Shown: positions 16,946 to 27,687 of the stretch, piece after piece | Numbering within the stretch: the stretch's first letter is position 1 | How the letters are laid out: the number at the start of each line of letters is the position of its first letter | Source of the DNA: an uncultured Gammaproteobacteria bacterium | GTDB taxonomy: Bacteria; Pseudomonadota; Gammaproteobacteria; Magnimaribacterales; TMED112 | Assembly (NCBI GenBank): GCA_913052565.1 | Contig: CAJXFH010000001.1 | Coordinates: forward strand, 15,772-79,771 | Length of the DNA stretch: 64,000 bases | Reading direction: 5' to 3' | Notes under the pieces: generated by a model | Database searches by the model: none | What the model was told of the DNA's origin: nothing | The model's input: only the letters and a program-made list of their open reading frames with translations | Program-made: the position numbers and the translations under genes

Positions 16946-17824
16946 TTAATTTTCTCCTTTCACTAAAACTTTAATAGGCTGAATGTTTAAGTTTTTGTCA
17001 ACTTCACCCATCCCTAACAAATCTTCATTGTTAAAAATAAAATGTTTTCCAGTTTTTTTTATTTCCCTCGCCATTACCTGGCATCCGTTTTGAAAATTTT
17101 TTACCTCAGAAGACCTTATTTCTACCTTAGGGATATCTATCAAAATTTCTTCAATCCGCCTAACATACTGCATTTTTTTATCTTTGTCCAAGTTTTTTAG
17201 GTTAGATAGTGTAATGGTTTGATCTAAATCTAGGTGCCCAAATTTAGTTCTTACTAAACCGCTCATACAAACTGATTGATTAATCTTTTTTCCAATATCA
17301 ACTCCGAGTGTTCTAATGTATGTTCCTTTACTGCAAAACACTTTGATTCTGAATCTAGGAAATTCATACTCTAATAGTTCAATATTAAAAATCTCTATTT
17401 CGTGAGGAGCCCTTTCAAAATCTATGCCTTTTCTTGCCAATCTATGCATAGGTTTTCCTTTAATTTTTTTTGCGGAATAAATGGGAGGTATTTGCAGTGA
17501 CTTACCATAAAATTCATCAATAGCCTTCTTAAGCTCATCTTGAGTGGGTTCTGAAGAATTCAATTCATAACTAAGGTATCCTGTAATATCTTCAGTGTTC
17601 GAACTTAATCCAATTATAAAATCCGCTATGTATTCCTTGGACTCAGTATTGAAATATTGAATAAACTTTGTTGATTGATTGAAAAATATTGGAAGCAAAC
17701 CTGTTGCAAGAGGATCTAATGTGCCTGCATGCCCAGCTTTTTTAAAGTTGAGAATTTTCTGAGCTTGTTTAATTGAAGAAAAGGAAGTCTCGCCTTTATC
17801 TTTATTGAGCAAAAGTATTGTCAT
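16946..17824 (-). CDS. truB: tRNA pseudouridine-55 synthase
   Basis: It has the catalytic motif GHAGTLDPLATGLLPI. The rbfA-truB-rpsO order is conserved. Confidence 0.95.
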   Translation of the reverse strand: MTILLLNKDKGETSFSSIKQAQKILNFKKAGHAGTLDPLATGLLPIFFNQSTKFIQYFNTESKEYIADFIIGLSSNTEDITGYLSYELNSSEPTQDELKKAIDEFYGKSLQIPPIYSAKKIKGKPMHRLARKGIDFERAPHEIEIFNIELLEYEFPRFRIKVFCSKGTYIRTLGVDIGKKINQSVCMSGLVRTKFGHLDLDQTITLSNLKNLDKDKKMQYVRRIEEILIDIPKVEIRSSEVKNFQNGCQVMAREIKKTGKHFIFNNEDLLGMGEVDKNLNIQPIKVLVKGEN

Positions 17825-18159
17825 TATAGTTTATCTATAAGATCATCAATTTTTCTGACGGCATCAATATGCTCATCATAGAAAAACTTTAATTCAGGAA
17901 CTTTTTTTAGGGGCAAATTCTTGGATAAGTCTTTTCTAATTTTCCAAGAATTCTCGTTTAAGAATACTTGCAAGTCCTTATTGCTCAAATCTGAATTAAT
18001 TGTCGAAAAAAAAACTTTTGCGCTTGATAGATCCCTTGCTGTCTCTACATGGTTTATGCTTATGAAACCACACATCTCCCTTAAATCGCTGTTCTGAATA
18101 CTTGATGCAATTTCTTTCTTAAGGTTATCATTTACCCTAATTATCCTATCTTTTTCCAT
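17824..18159 (-). CDS. rbfA: ribosome-binding factor A
   Basis: It is 111 aa, with an RbfA-like N-terminus (RIIRVNDNLKKEIA) and KVPELKFFYDE. It sits between infB and truB. Confidence 0.9.
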   Translation of the reverse strand: MEKDRIIRVNDNLKKEIASSIQNSDLREMCGFISINHVETARDLSSAKVFFSTINSDLSNKDLQVFLNENSWKIRKDLSKNLPLKKVPELKFFYDEHIDAVRKIDDLIDKL

Positions 18160-18164
18160 CTTTT

Positions 18165-20243
18165 TTAAAGAGATCTTTTTTCTTCTTTTTGCTCGAAGTT
18201 TTCTATGATATCGCCAGCTTTAATATCTAAATAATTCTTTATACCTATGCCGCACTCAGTGCCATTCTGAACTTCTTTAACATCGTCTTTGAAACGTCTT
18301 AGTGAATCTAACTCACCTTCATGAATTACAACACTATCTCTAAGAACTCTTACGTGTTTTTCTCTTTTCACTGATCCTTCTGTCACCATACAACCTGCAA
18401 CTAAACCAAATTCCGGTGATTTGAAAACTTCTTTTACTTCTGCCAAACCTAAAATCTTTTCTGAGTAAATCGGTTTTAGCAATCCAGATAGAAGTCTTTT
18501 TGTATCTTCAATAAGGTCATAAATAACACTGTAATAACTGACTTCAATTCCATTTGACTCTAAAAGTTTCTTCGCCTTGTTATCAGATCTTACGTTAAAA
18601 CCAACTATTCTTGCACCGGTAGTTATTGCTAGGTTTACATCAGACTCAGTTATACCGCCAATACCTGAGCTAACGATGTCAACATCAACTTCTTCGTTTC
18701 CAATTTTTAATAAAGATGCATTAATTGCTTCATTTGTTCCTGCCACATCAGACTTAATAATTATTCTCAATTTATTAATTTTTTCTTGGTCGAGAAGATC
18801 AAAGGCTGATTGAGAAGTCATAACATTCTTATCAGACCGTTCTTTAAGATAAGCAACCCTTTCATCAATAAGTGCTCTAGCATCTTTTTCAGATGGCATA
18901 ACATTAAAAACCTCACCAGCTGAAACACAATCTTCTAAACCTAATACCTCAACAGGCGTGGACGGACTAGCTTCTTTTACTGATTCTCCCGAACTATTTA
19001 TAAGAGATTTGATTTTGCCTTTTTTTTCAGCGGCTACAATAATATCTCCGACTTTTAAGACGCCTTTTTGCACAAGAAAAGTTCCCAGTGGTCCTTTAAA
19101 TTTATCTAATTCAGATTCTAAAATTACACCAGTAGCTAAACCATCGACTGGGACTTTTAACTCTAATAATTCAGATTCCAATTCAATTGCATTAAGCAAT
19201 TCATCTATACCTTTTTTTGTTATTGCAGAGACTGGAATCATTTGATTTTTGCCACCCCAATCCTCTGGAACCAATTCATACTTTGCTAAATCTCCTTTAA
19301 CTTTTTCAATATCAGCTGCTTCAAGATCAACTTTATTTATAGCAACTATAATCGGCACATTTGCTGCTTTAGCATGAGTTATTGCCTCTATTGTTTGGGG
19401 TTTAACGCTATCATTAGCTGCAACTACTAGGATCACAATATCTGTAGTATTTGCACCTCTAGCTCTCATAGCTGTAAATGCTTCATGTCCTGGTGTGTCT
19501 ATAAAAGTAATCTTTCCTGATTTTGTTTTAACTTCGTATGCTGCAATGTGTTGAGTGATGCCTCCAGATTCACCATCAACAACATTTGTTGATTTTATTG
19601 CATCAAGTAATGAGGTTTTACCATGGTCAACATGGCCCATAACTGTTACTACTGAATGTCTGTTTTTTGGCTCATCTATATCTTTATAAACTACTTCATA
19701 TGTTGGGTAATTTGTTTCCTCTTCAGATGTGCTTTGTTCTTCTTCAAATTTAACCTTGAAACCAAATTCTTCTGCAACTAAGACTGCCGTTTCCTGATCA
19801 ACCTCATCGCTGAGAGATGCCATTTCTCCTAATTCCATTAATTTTTTAACAACTTCATTTCCTCTCTTACTGAGCTTTCTTGCTAAATCATTAACTCTAA
19901 TTGAACCATTGATATTTACTGATTTTTCAGCCTTTTCCTTTTTTGGCTCTTCCTTCTTCTTGGTTTCTACCTTCACAGGCTTTTTCTCTGCTTTGGGAGC
20001 AGGTGCAGATGTCTTCTTTTCAGTTGAGGGCTCAAGTTTTTTTGGAACTTCTACCTTAGGTGTTGCTACTTGAGCAGGGGAATCTTTCGAGCTTCTAATA
20101 TAAGCAAGGAGCTTTTGTTTATCTTCAGTTGAAACAAGATCATCTACACTAGTTTGCGACAATCCAGCTGCTATCATTTTTTCAAGAAGAGCGTTGGGAT
20201 CTATCTTTAAGATTTCAGAAAGTTTTTTTACTGATACATCCAC
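18165..20243 (-). CDS. infB: translation initiation factor IF-2 (short N-terminal region)
   Basis: The G-domain has [20 protein letters not shown] and NKVD. It is 692 aa, against roughly 890 in E. coli. Confidence 0.98.
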   Translation of the reverse strand: MDVSVKKLSEILKIDPNALLEKMIAAGLSQTSVDDLVSTEDKQKLLAYIRSSKDSPAQVATPKVEVPKKLEPSTEKKTSAPAPKAEKKPVKVETKKKEEPKKEKAEKSVNINGSIRVNDLARKLSKRGNEVVKKLMELGEMASLSDEVDQETAVLVAEEFGFKVKFEEEQSTSEEETNYPTYEVVYKDIDEPKNRHSVVTVMGHVDHGKTSLLDAIKSTNVVDGESGGITQHIAAYEVKTKSGKITFIDTPGHEAFTAMRARGANTTDIVILVVAANDSVKPQTIEAITHAKAANVPIIVAINKVDLEAADIEKVKGDLAKYELVPEDWGGKNQMIPVSAITKKGIDELLNAIELESELLELKVPVDGLATGVILESELDKFKGPLGTFLVQKGVLKVGDIIVAAEKKGKIKSLINSSGESVKEASPSTPVEVLGLEDCVSAGEVFNVMPSEKDARALIDERVAYLKERSDKNVMTSQSAFDLLDQEKINKLRIIIKSDVAGTNEAINASLLKIGNEEVDVDIVSSGIGGITESDVNLAITTGARIVGFNVRSDNKAKKLLESNGIEVSYYSVIYDLIEDTKRLLSGLLKPIYSEKILGLAEVKEVFKSPEFGLVAGCMVTEGSVKREKHVRVLRDSVVIHEGELDSLRRFKDDVKEVQNGTECGIGIKNYLDIKAGDIIENFEQKEEKRSL

Positions 20244-20254
20244 TTTGCTTCTCC

Positions 20255-21718
20255 TTAATTAAACCATGGCTTTCGAGCCTCCATTATAAGAGCTGATGCT
20301 TCTTTTTCGGTCACTTTTTCCGATATATCCATCAACTCCCCAACTGACATTTCAGCTAATTCATCAAGCTTTTTTATATTATTGGCACTTAATGCACTCA
20401 AAATATCATTAGTAATGCCATTTAAATTAACAAGATCATCTTCCATGGTTGGATCATTAAAATCAGCATTGAAGGCGTCTTGTAGCAGAAGCTCATTAGC
20501 TTTATCCATTACTTCAGTCAATCTTTTGTCCGTTGTGAAAATTTCTTTTGTTTTTTCAGCACTTGAGTCAACTAGCTTTTCTAAACTATCTATTTCGCTT
20601 GATACAATTAGTTCTTTTTCTTTGTCAGAAAGACCTAGTCTTGATGCTAAGGCATCGTATTTTTCAACTAATGTAGAATCTTGATATTCTTTAAATTGCT
20701 CTTTATTAAGGACTTGAAACGACCAACCAATCATATGTGTCATTAGTCTTAAATTCTGACCATTCTTCCCTATTATCTGTGCTTGGTTTTCTTCCTCAAC
20801 TTCTAGAATTAATGTTGATGTTCTCTCATCTACTAAAATAGAAAAAATCTTAATTGGTGCGAGACAATTAACTACAAATTCAGCCGGATTATCACTATGA
20901 ATGAAGATATCAATTCTCTCATTGCCAATTTCATTGGAAACTGCTTGGACTCTTGAACCTCTCATGCCAACGCAAGCTCCAACAGGATCTATTCTTCCGT
21001 CATAAGTTTTTACAGCAATTTTTGATCGATACCCAGGATCACGAGCAATAGCTTTGATCTCGATTGTGCCCTCTGAAATTTCAGGTACTTCTTGAGTGAA
21101 TAATTGCACTACCAGCCTTTCATCTGTTCTGCTTAAGATAATTTGAGGCCCTCTTGGAGTTGTCACAATCTCTTTTATAACTGCTCTTACTCTGTCATTT
21201 AATTTAAATATTTCACCAGGAATAATTTGATCTCTTGGAATTTGGGCGTTCAAGTCCTCTTCAATTTCCAGAAGAAGAAAGTCCCTATTGATTCTTTTTA
21301 CTTGACCAGAAATTACCTCTCCAACAAGGCTCTCATATTTCGCTGTAATTTTGCTTCTTTCAGCTTCTCTTACTTTTTGAATGATAACTTGCTTGGCTGC
21401 CTGTGCTGATATTCGACCAAAATCAATATTATCGATTTTTTTTGTAGCTAAGTCTTCTTCAACAGCATGATCTGAAAGCTCACTTGAAAGTATTTGGAAT
21501 ACATCACTTTCATCTATTTCATCAACAATGTTCCATTTTCTAAATGTTTCATACTCTCCAGTATTTCTATCAATTATGACATCAATTATTGCCTCATCAT
21601 CAACAAGTTTCTTTGTTGCGCTGGAAATCGCTTCTTCAAGAGCTTGAAAAATAATATCTTTCTCAACTCCTTTCTCCATTGAAACCGAAGCAACTACTTC
21701 TAATATCTGTTTATTCAT
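20255..21718 (-). CDS. nusA: transcription termination/antitermination factor NusA
   Basis: It has an N-terminal domain, an S1 domain, two KH domains and C-terminal acidic repeats. The rimP-nusA-infB synteny is conserved. Confidence 0.97.
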   Translation of the reverse strand: MNKQILEVVASVSMEKGVEKDIIFQALEEAISSATKKLVDDEAIIDVIIDRNTGEYETFRKWNIVDEIDESDVFQILSSELSDHAVEEDLATKKIDNIDFGRISAQAAKQVIIQKVREAERSKITAKYESLVGEVISGQVKRINRDFLLLEIEEDLNAQIPRDQIIPGEIFKLNDRVRAVIKEIVTTPRGPQIILSRTDERLVVQLFTQEVPEISEGTIEIKAIARDPGYRSKIAVKTYDGRIDPVGACVGMRGSRVQAVSNEIGNERIDIFIHSDNPAEFVVNCLAPIKIFSILVDERTSTLILEVEEENQAQIIGKNGQNLRLMTHMIGWSFQVLNKEQFKEYQDSTLVEKYDALASRLGLSDKEKELIVSSEIDSLEKLVDSSAEKTKEIFTTDKRLTEVMDKANELLLQDAFNADFNDPTMEDDLVNLNGITNDILSALSANNIKKLDELAEMSVGELMDISEKVTEKEASALIMEARKPWFN

Positions 21719-22187
21719 TCTTTTTTTTCTCTATTTGATCATCTAGATCAAGTTTACCTACTTCTATATTGCTAAATTCAAGCAATAGTGTTCCTCCTTC
21801 TGTTTTGACAGAAATTTCTGATTCCAAAACTTCTAGGAGAGTACCTTTTATTTTTCTAAGGTCATTGACCTTAGAGAAGAGTGTTAATGATACTACATCT
21901 CCAACAAATTTTTTATATTGTTTTTGATTAAATAATTTTCTATCTAATCCAGGAGAAGACACCTCAAAGAAAGCAAATTCTGAAAAAATGTCTTCATGTT
22001 GAAAATGATAGTCAATTTCTCTACTTACTTTGGTGCAGTCATTGATATCCACACCTTGTATAGCATCAATATAGATTCGCAAAAGCCTTCCTTTACCTTT
22101 TGCTGATCCGAACTCTATGCCCCAAAGTTCACATCCAGTTTCTTCGATAATTGGGGTCAAAAAGGCCTCTATGTCTTTCTTAATCAT
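21711..22187 (-). CDS. rimP: ribosome maturation factor RimP
   Basis: It has an RimP-like sequence (VSSPGLDRKL) upstream of nusA. I moved the start to ATG 22187 (MIKKDIE...) because the tracked ORF start at 22220 lies inside tRNA-fMet. Confidence 0.9.
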   Translation of the reverse strand: MIKKDIEAFLTPIIEETGCELWGIEFGSAKGKGRLLRIYIDAIQGVDINDCTKVSREIDYHFQHEDIFSEFAFFEVSSPGLDRKLFNQKQYKKFVGDVVSLTLFSKVNDLRKIKGTLLEVLESEISVKTEGGTLLLEFSNIEVGKLDLDDQIEKKKNE

Positions 22188-22193
22188 TATAGT

Positions 22194-22270
<77 letters not shown>

Positions 22271-22280
22271 GTGACGTTAA

Positions 22281-22309
22281 AGGATAGTTAAAAGACTTAG
22301 AATGGTCAA
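22281..22309 (-). promoter_or_regulatory. candidate sigma70 promoter for tRNA-fMet/rimP-nusA operon
   Basis: On the minus strand it reads TTGACC (22309-22304), a 17-nt spacer, then TATCCT (22286-22281). The -10 ends 10 nt before the tRNA 5' end. Confidence 0.4.
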
Positions 22310-22326
22310 TATTTATAGACTATAAT
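22297..22326 (+). promoter_or_regulatory. candidate sigma70 promoter for the inverted tRNA-Leu
   Basis: A perfect TATAAT (22321-22326) lies 19 nt upstream of the tRNA 5' end. The -35 is weak (TTAGAA, 22297-22302, 18-nt spacer). A dedicated promoter is required because the tRNA is on the opposite strand to all its neighbours. Confidence 0.4.
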
Positions 22327-22345
22327 TTACTCTTTCTTCAGAAAA

Positions 22346-22431
22346 GCCGAAGTGGCGGAATTGGTAGACGCGCTATCTTGAGGGGGTAGTAAGCAATGCT
22401 TGTGAGGGTTCAAGTCCCTCCTTCGGCACCA
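22346..22431 (+). tRNA. leuU: tRNA-Leu (anticodon GAG), class II with long variable arm
   Basis: The acceptor is GCCGAAG/CTTCGGC, the anticodon arm is CTATC-TTGAGGG-GGTAG (GAG), and the T arm is GAGGG-TTCAAGT-CCCTC. It has a long variable arm, A73 and CCA, and is 86 nt. It has the same anticodon as E. coli leuU next to secG. Confidence 0.93.
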
Positions 22432-22722
22432 TTACTCTACAGGTGGTTCGTCAAGAAATTCTTCTATGACATCCTCTGTAACATTCAAAGTGAGTTCTTG
22501 CTTAGATAAGTATGCAACCATCAGAGCAAGAATAAAAAATACAGTAATTAGTCCCCAAACTAAGTTTGAAAGAAAGTTTGTTGGTCCTAGTGGTCCGAAA
22601 AGAGAATCTGAACTACCGCCTCCAAAAGCTGAACCAAGATCTGATCCTTTGCCTTGTTGCAATAAAATGGCACCTACAATTAGGACTGCAAGCACTACCA
22701 ACAAAATATAGATCAATGTCAT
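22432..22722 (-). CDS. secG: preprotein translocase subunit SecG
   Basis: It has two TM helices flanking LLQQGKGSDLGSAFGGGSS. The tpiA-secG synteny is conserved. Confidence 0.9.
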   Translation of the reverse strand: MTLIYILLVVLAVLIVGAILLQQGKGSDLGSAFGGGSSDSLFGPLGPTNFLSNLVWGLITVFFILALMVAYLSKQELTLNVTEDVIEEFLDEPPVE

Positions 22723-23408
22723 AACGCCGCTATCTTAGCAAATTCTTTAGGGTTTAGAGAAGCCCCACCAACTAAAAGGCCATTAATATCTGTTTTTTCA
22801 TGTAAATCATCACAATTCTCAACATTTACACTACCTCCATAAAGAATTTCTATTTCTTGATCGAATTCAGATCTTAAGAAATCAACTACCTCATTTATGT
22901 CATCATTTTCAGCATGCTCGCCTGTTCCAATAGCCCAGATCGGTTCATAAGCGAAGATTATTTTCCCACGAAATGATTTAAAACTTGAGACTTGAGATTT
23001 AAGATAGCCAATTGTGTCATTATTTGTTCTAACTTCCTGCGGCTCACCGATGCAAACAATTGGTGTTATCTCATATTGAATTAGTTCATTAAATTTTTCC
23101 ATTATCTCTGCATTAGATTCATTTAAATATTTTCTGGATTCTGAATGTCCAATAATGCAATATTTTATTTGTGTGTCTTGCAGCATTTTTGCTGATATTT
23201 GTGATGTATAAGCTCCATCTTTTTTTGAAGATACATTTTGGGCAGCTACATTTAAGTCATAACCATTAAACTCAGATAAATAGATATGTGGAATTGCCAA
23301 AATAATATTATTTTGTGATTTATGGTTCTGCTTAAATTCAAAAATCCAGTTTTTTATGAACTCTGATGAGCCATTCATCTTAAAATTGGCAACAATCGTC
23401 TTCGACAT
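22719..23408 (-). CDS. tpiA: triosephosphate isomerase (short, 229 aa)
   Basis: It has ANFKMNG (catalytic Lys), IIGHSESR (His), AYEPIWAIGTG (Glu) and GGASL. Confidence 0.93.
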   Translation of the reverse strand: MSKTIVANFKMNGSSEFIKNWIFEFKQNHKSQNNIILAIPHIYLSEFNGYDLNVAAQNVSSKKDGAYTSQISAKMLQDTQIKYCIIGHSESRKYLNESNAEIMEKFNELIQYEITPIVCIGEPQEVRTNNDTIGYLKSQVSSFKSFRGKIIFAYEPIWAIGTGEHAENDDINEVVDFLRSEFDQEIEILYGGSVNVENCDDLHEKTDINGLLVGGASLNPKEFAKIAAL

Positions 23409-24718
23409 TATTTTATTAGGCTCTCGATTTTAGAGAAGATAGCTTCTTTATCACTATCAGTTTGCGCTTCTACCATGGCTCTAATTATTGGTTGTGTTCC
23501 TGATTTTCTTATTGATATTCTTGCATCTGGATGATCACTTTTTAGTTTTTCGAGATCACTACAAAATTCATTTGATTCTATTAGAGCTAAATCTTCAACT
23601 TCAAAATTCATTAATGCTTGTGGTTTATAATCAATTTTAGAGTGGATGTCTTTCACGTTTAAATCCAGTTCACTCAAGGCTGATAAAGTTTGAATTAGAG
23701 CAATATTAGCATCACCACTTTCGGAAAACTCCCTTTGTATAATGTGTCCAGAAGGTTCAGTGCCTAAGTTAAGATCATTTTTTACTAGCTCTCTAGATAT
23801 AAATTTATCTCCTACTTTTGTTCTAATACACTCTATGTCGATTTTTTTTAACGCATCAATTGTTCCTTGATTAGTCATTTCTGTGCCCACAACTTTTTCA
23901 GATGACTCTTTACCTTGAATTTTATTTCTAGCTGCTAGAACATAGAGAATATCATCACCTGACATAACTCTGCCTTCTCCATCAGATAAGATTAATCTGT
24001 CACCATCGCCATCAACCGCTACACAATAATCAACATCATGTTCTTTGACATACTCATCAAATAATTCGTTTTTGAGCACAGCACAGTTTTCATTTATGTT
24101 GAACCCATCTGGATCACAGTTAATTGAGACAACATCTGCGCCTAATTCTCTCAATAACATTGGTGTAATTTTGTAATTTGCTCCATTTGCGGCATCAACA
24201 AGTATCTTTTTGCCTTGCAGGTTATAGACACCTTTTAATGTGCTTTTACAATACTCTACGTATCTACCTGAAGCACTATCAATTCTAAAAGCTTTGCCAA
24301 GTTCTTTTGCTCTTACGGGTTTGCTTGATTGATTAAGTCTGCTTTCAATCTCCTTCTCAAGATCCTCTGAAATTTTTCTTCCATGTCTATTAAAGAACTT
24401 AATTCCATTATCGTAAAAAGGATTGTGGCTTGCACTTATAACAACTCCAAATTGACCGGCATAAGTGGCTGTTAAAAAAGAAACTGCAGGTGTTGGTATT
24501 GGGCCAGCCAGCTTCACATCTATTCCAGCAGATATAAAGCCTGCTTGTAGAGCTGCTTCTAACATATAACCAGAAACCCTTGTGTCTTTGCCTATTATGA
24601 CAGAATCATAGCCTTTTTCTTTGATTATCGAGCCCGTATGAAACCCTAATCCAAGGCAAAAATCGGGCGTAATAATAGTGTCTGCAGGCCCTCTAAAGCC
24701 GTCTGTACCTATTTTCAT
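23408..24718 (-). CDS. glmM: phosphoglucosamine mutase
   Basis: It has the active-site Ser motif VISASHNPFYDNGIKFF and the Mg site AVDGDGDR. Confidence 0.95.
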   Translation of the reverse strand: MKIGTDGFRGPADTIITPDFCLGLGFHTGSIIKEKGYDSVIIGKDTRVSGYMLEAALQAGFISAGIDVKLAGPIPTPAVSFLTATYAGQFGVVISASHNPFYDNGIKFFNRHGRKISEDLEKEIESRLNQSSKPVRAKELGKAFRIDSASGRYVEYCKSTLKGVYNLQGKKILVDAANGANYKITPMLLRELGADVVSINCDPDGFNINENCAVLKNELFDEYVKEHDVDYCVAVDGDGDRLILSDGEGRVMSGDDILYVLAARNKIQGKESSEKVVGTEMTNQGTIDALKKIDIECIRTKVGDKFISRELVKNDLNLGTEPSGHIIQREFSESGDANIALIQTLSALSELDLNVKDIHSKIDYKPQALMNFEVEDLALIESNEFCSDLEKLKSDHPDARISIRKSGTQPIIRAMVEAQTDSDKEAIFSKIESLIK

Positions 24719-24721
24719 TTG

Positions 24722-26626
24722 TTAAGTACCTTGAACTGGTTTGGAAGAACTTGATACTTTCGATTTTGTTTTTGGACTTTGGTCATTATCATCGCTCTTA
24801 TCTCTTGGAACTGCACCTGCCATTATATCTGAAATCTGTTCTTGATCTATTGTTTCATACTTCAGCAGGGCATCAGCCATATTATGCAACTTATCCATGT
24901 TAGCAGCTAATATCGATCCAGCTTTTTCGTAACAGCTTGTAATAATAGCTCTGACCTCATCATCTATTTGCTTTGCTGTTTCCTCAGAAAAAATACGTTT
25001 TTTTGCTCCAGCTGAACGACCTAAGAAAGGGTTTTCATCTTCATCGTCATATTTGAGTGTGCCAAGCTTATCTGAGAAGCCCCATTTAGTAACCATATTT
25101 CTGGCTAAATCTGTTGCTCTCTCGATATCATTTGAGGCACCTGTTGTTATACCATCTTTTCCATTAATTAATTCTTCTGCTACACGACCACCAAATAAAC
25201 TCGTAATTTGACTTACTAATGCTGTTTTTGAATATGTGTAGACATCTTCTTCTGGCAAGAACATTGTAACGCCGAGAGCACCACCTCTAGGTATTATAGT
25301 TACTTTATAAACCGGGTTATGTTCAGGAAGGTTTAAGCCAACTATTGCATGTCCAGCTTCATGGTATGCAGTAAGTTTCTTCTGTTCCTCATTGAGAATC
25401 ATCGATTTTCTTTCAGAACCCATCATTATTTTGTCTTTTGCAAAATCTAAATGCTCATGTGTCACTTTCTTCAAATTGTTTCTAGCTGCTAGAAGTGCAG
25501 CTTCATTCACTAGATTTGCGAGATCAGCTCCAGAAAAACCAGGTGTGCCTCTAGCAATAACACTTGGGTCAACTGACTTATCAATTGGAACTTTTTTCAG
25601 GTGAACGTTCAATATATGTTCTCTACCTTTGATATCAGGCAAACCAACCATTACTTGTCTATCAAATCTACCTGGTCTTAAAAGTGCTGCGTCTAGCACG
25701 TCTGGTCTATTAGTTGCAGCAATGACAATTACACCAAGATTTTCTTCAAAACCATCCATCTCAACAAGAAGCTGATTTAATGTTTGTTCTCTTTCATCAT
25801 GCCCACCACCAAGTCCTGCACCTCTTTGTCTACCAACTGCATCAATTTCGTCTATAAAAACAATACATGGCGAATGTTTTTTTGCTTGTTCAAACATATC
25901 ACGGACTCTTGATGCTCCAACACCAACGAACATTTCTACGAAATCTGAGCCTGAAATTGTAAAGAAGGGAACTTTTGCTTCCCCAGCAACAGCTCTAGCC
26001 AAGAGAGTTTTCCCTGTTCCAGGAGGGCCTACCATTAAAATTCCTCTTGGAATTTTTCCGCCAACTTTGATAAATTTTGCTGGATCTTTTAAAAAGTCGA
26101 CTAGTTCTTTTACGTCCTCTTTGGCTTCTTCGCATCCTGCTACATCACTGAAGTTAGTTTTAACGTGTCCACCATCTAAAAGTTTCGCTTTGCTTCTGCC
26201 AAATGTCATTGGTCCACCTTTGCCACCAACGCCGCCTTGCATCTGTCTCATGAATAAGAAAAATATACCCAAGAGCAGTAGAAGTGGGAACGCCCCAATA
26301 AGTAGTTGTGACCAAACGCTTGGTTTTTCTAATGCTTCAAACGCTATTTCGACATCAGCTTCTGTTAAGCTCTCATTTAAATCTTGATCGCTTATATAAG
26401 CTGGTTTTTGTGTTGTGTATCTTGTACCGTTGAATCTTTCTACCTCGACAGTCATTTGATCGCCTTTGTAGACAATAGATTTAACTTTTTTTCCTTTTAC
26501 TTCCTGCTTAAATTCTGAGTAAGTAAGCTCTTCTTTTACAGAACCACCAGAATAGTTATCGAGCAGCATGAACATAAGTAGTCCTGCTGTTAACCAAAAT
26601 AAAAGGTTTCTCCCCAAATTTTTCAT
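24722..26626 (-). CDS. ftsH: ATP-dependent zinc metalloprotease FtsH
   Basis: It has Walker A GPPGTGKT, an SRH region, and the HEAGHA zinc motif. Confidence 0.98.
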   Translation of the reverse strand: MKNLGRNLLFWLTAGLLMFMLLDNYSGGSVKEELTYSEFKQEVKGKKVKSIVYKGDQMTVEVERFNGTRYTTQKPAYISDQDLNESLTEADVEIAFEALEKPSVWSQLLIGAFPLLLLLGIFFLFMRQMQGGVGGKGGPMTFGRSKAKLLDGGHVKTNFSDVAGCEEAKEDVKELVDFLKDPAKFIKVGGKIPRGILMVGPPGTGKTLLARAVAGEAKVPFFTISGSDFVEMFVGVGASRVRDMFEQAKKHSPCIVFIDEIDAVGRQRGAGLGGGHDEREQTLNQLLVEMDGFEENLGVIVIAATNRPDVLDAALLRPGRFDRQVMVGLPDIKGREHILNVHLKKVPIDKSVDPSVIARGTPGFSGADLANLVNEAALLAARNNLKKVTHEHLDFAKDKIMMGSERKSMILNEEQKKLTAYHEAGHAIVGLNLPEHNPVYKVTIIPRGGALGVTMFLPEEDVYTYSKTALVSQITSLFGGRVAEELINGKDGITTGASNDIERATDLARNMVTKWGFSDKLGTLKYDDEDENPFLGRSAGAKKRIFSEETAKQIDDEVRAIITSCYEKAGSILAANMDKLHNMADALLKYETIDQEQISDIMAGAVPRDKSDDNDQSPKTKSKVSSSSKPVQGT

Positions 26627-26633
26627 GTTTTCT

Positions 26634-27212
26634 TTATTTAGGGATTAATCCTAACAAATAAACCTCAGCAGAAGAAGTTTTTGAAGCTGGAGGCTTTTCA
26701 AGGAAAACTCGATGGAAAGAGCTCATAAATTCTTTTTTTAATTGTTTTAAATTTTGATTGTTAAATGTTTTTATCAATAGGGCACCTGATTTACTTAGTG
26801 CTGTTTTTGAGAGCTCAAGGCAAAAATAGTTCAAATCTTTATTGCTTTCATCATCTACAAGCTTAATACCTGATAAGTTCACAGACATATCACTCAAAAT
26901 TAGATCAATATCTTTTTTTTCAGATTGAATGAGCTCTGAAAAGCCCTTGGCATATAAATCCAATTGAATAAAATCAATCCCTTCAACTTTATCCATTGGC
27001 AATATGTCGATTGCTTTACATACACAACTTGAGCTCTTTCTTTTTGAAATAACTTGTGACCATCCGCCTGGTGCACTGCCTAATTCAAGAATGGATGATG
27101 CTTTCTGTATGAGCTTATGCTTATCGTCAATTTGAATGAGCTTGTATGAAGCTCGAGATTTAAAACCCTCGAGTTTTGCTTTCTTTGCCCATGTATCTTG
27201 AATATCTCTCAA
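26634..27212 (-). CDS. rlmE: 23S rRNA U2552 2'-O-methyltransferase RlmE (FtsJ)
   Basis: It has [12 protein letters not shown]...[13 protein letters not shown]. It lies upstream of ftsH. Confidence 0.93.
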   Translation of the reverse strand: MRDIQDTWAKKAKLEGFKSRASYKLIQIDDKHKLIQKASSILELGSAPGGWSQVISKRKSSSCVCKAIDILPMDKVEGIDFIQLDLYAKGFSELIQSEKKDIDLILSDMSVNLSGIKLVDDESNKDLNYFCLELSKTALSKSGALLIKTFNNQNLKQLKKEFMSSFHRVFLEKPPASKTSSAEVYLLGLIPK

Positions 27213-27685
27213 ACCAATTTTATGTCAGTGATTTCATATTCTTTTAGGCCGCCAGGAGTTTCAACCTCAACGAATTCTCCTAACTCCTTTTTTATTAGTG
27301 ATCTAGCCATTGGGGTTGTAAAGGAAATAGTATTATTTTCAATGTCAGCTTCGGCATCACCAACTATTTGATATGTTTTGATTTCTTCTGATTCAAGATC
27401 TTTAATGGTAACCGTTGATCCAAAAATGACCCTATCTTCGACACCCATAGTTGTATATTCGACAACCTGAGATATTGAAAGGACCTCTTCGAGCTCTCTT
27501 ATCCTAGCTTCATTAAGACCCTGCTCTTCTCTAGCAGCATGATATTCTGCATTTTCTTTTAAATCACCATGGGCCCTTGCTTCTGAAATTGCATCTATGA
27601 TTTCTTGTCGTTTTACGTTTTTGAGCTGATCGAGCTCCGATCTTAATTTTTTCTGGCCCTCTGGCGTTATTGGTCTTTTATCCAT
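27209..27685 (-). CDS. greA: transcription elongation factor GreA
   Basis: It is 158 aa, with a coiled-coil N-domain containing AREHGDLKENAEYHAAREEQ. Confidence 0.96.
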   Translation of the reverse strand: MDKRPITPEGQKKLRSELDQLKNVKRQEIIDAISEARAHGDLKENAEYHAAREEQGLNEARIRELEEVLSISQVVEYTTMGVEDRVIFGSTVTIKDLESEEIKTYQIVGDAEADIENNTISFTTPMARSLIKKELGEFVEVETPGGLKEYEITDIKLV

Positions 27686-27687
27686 CT

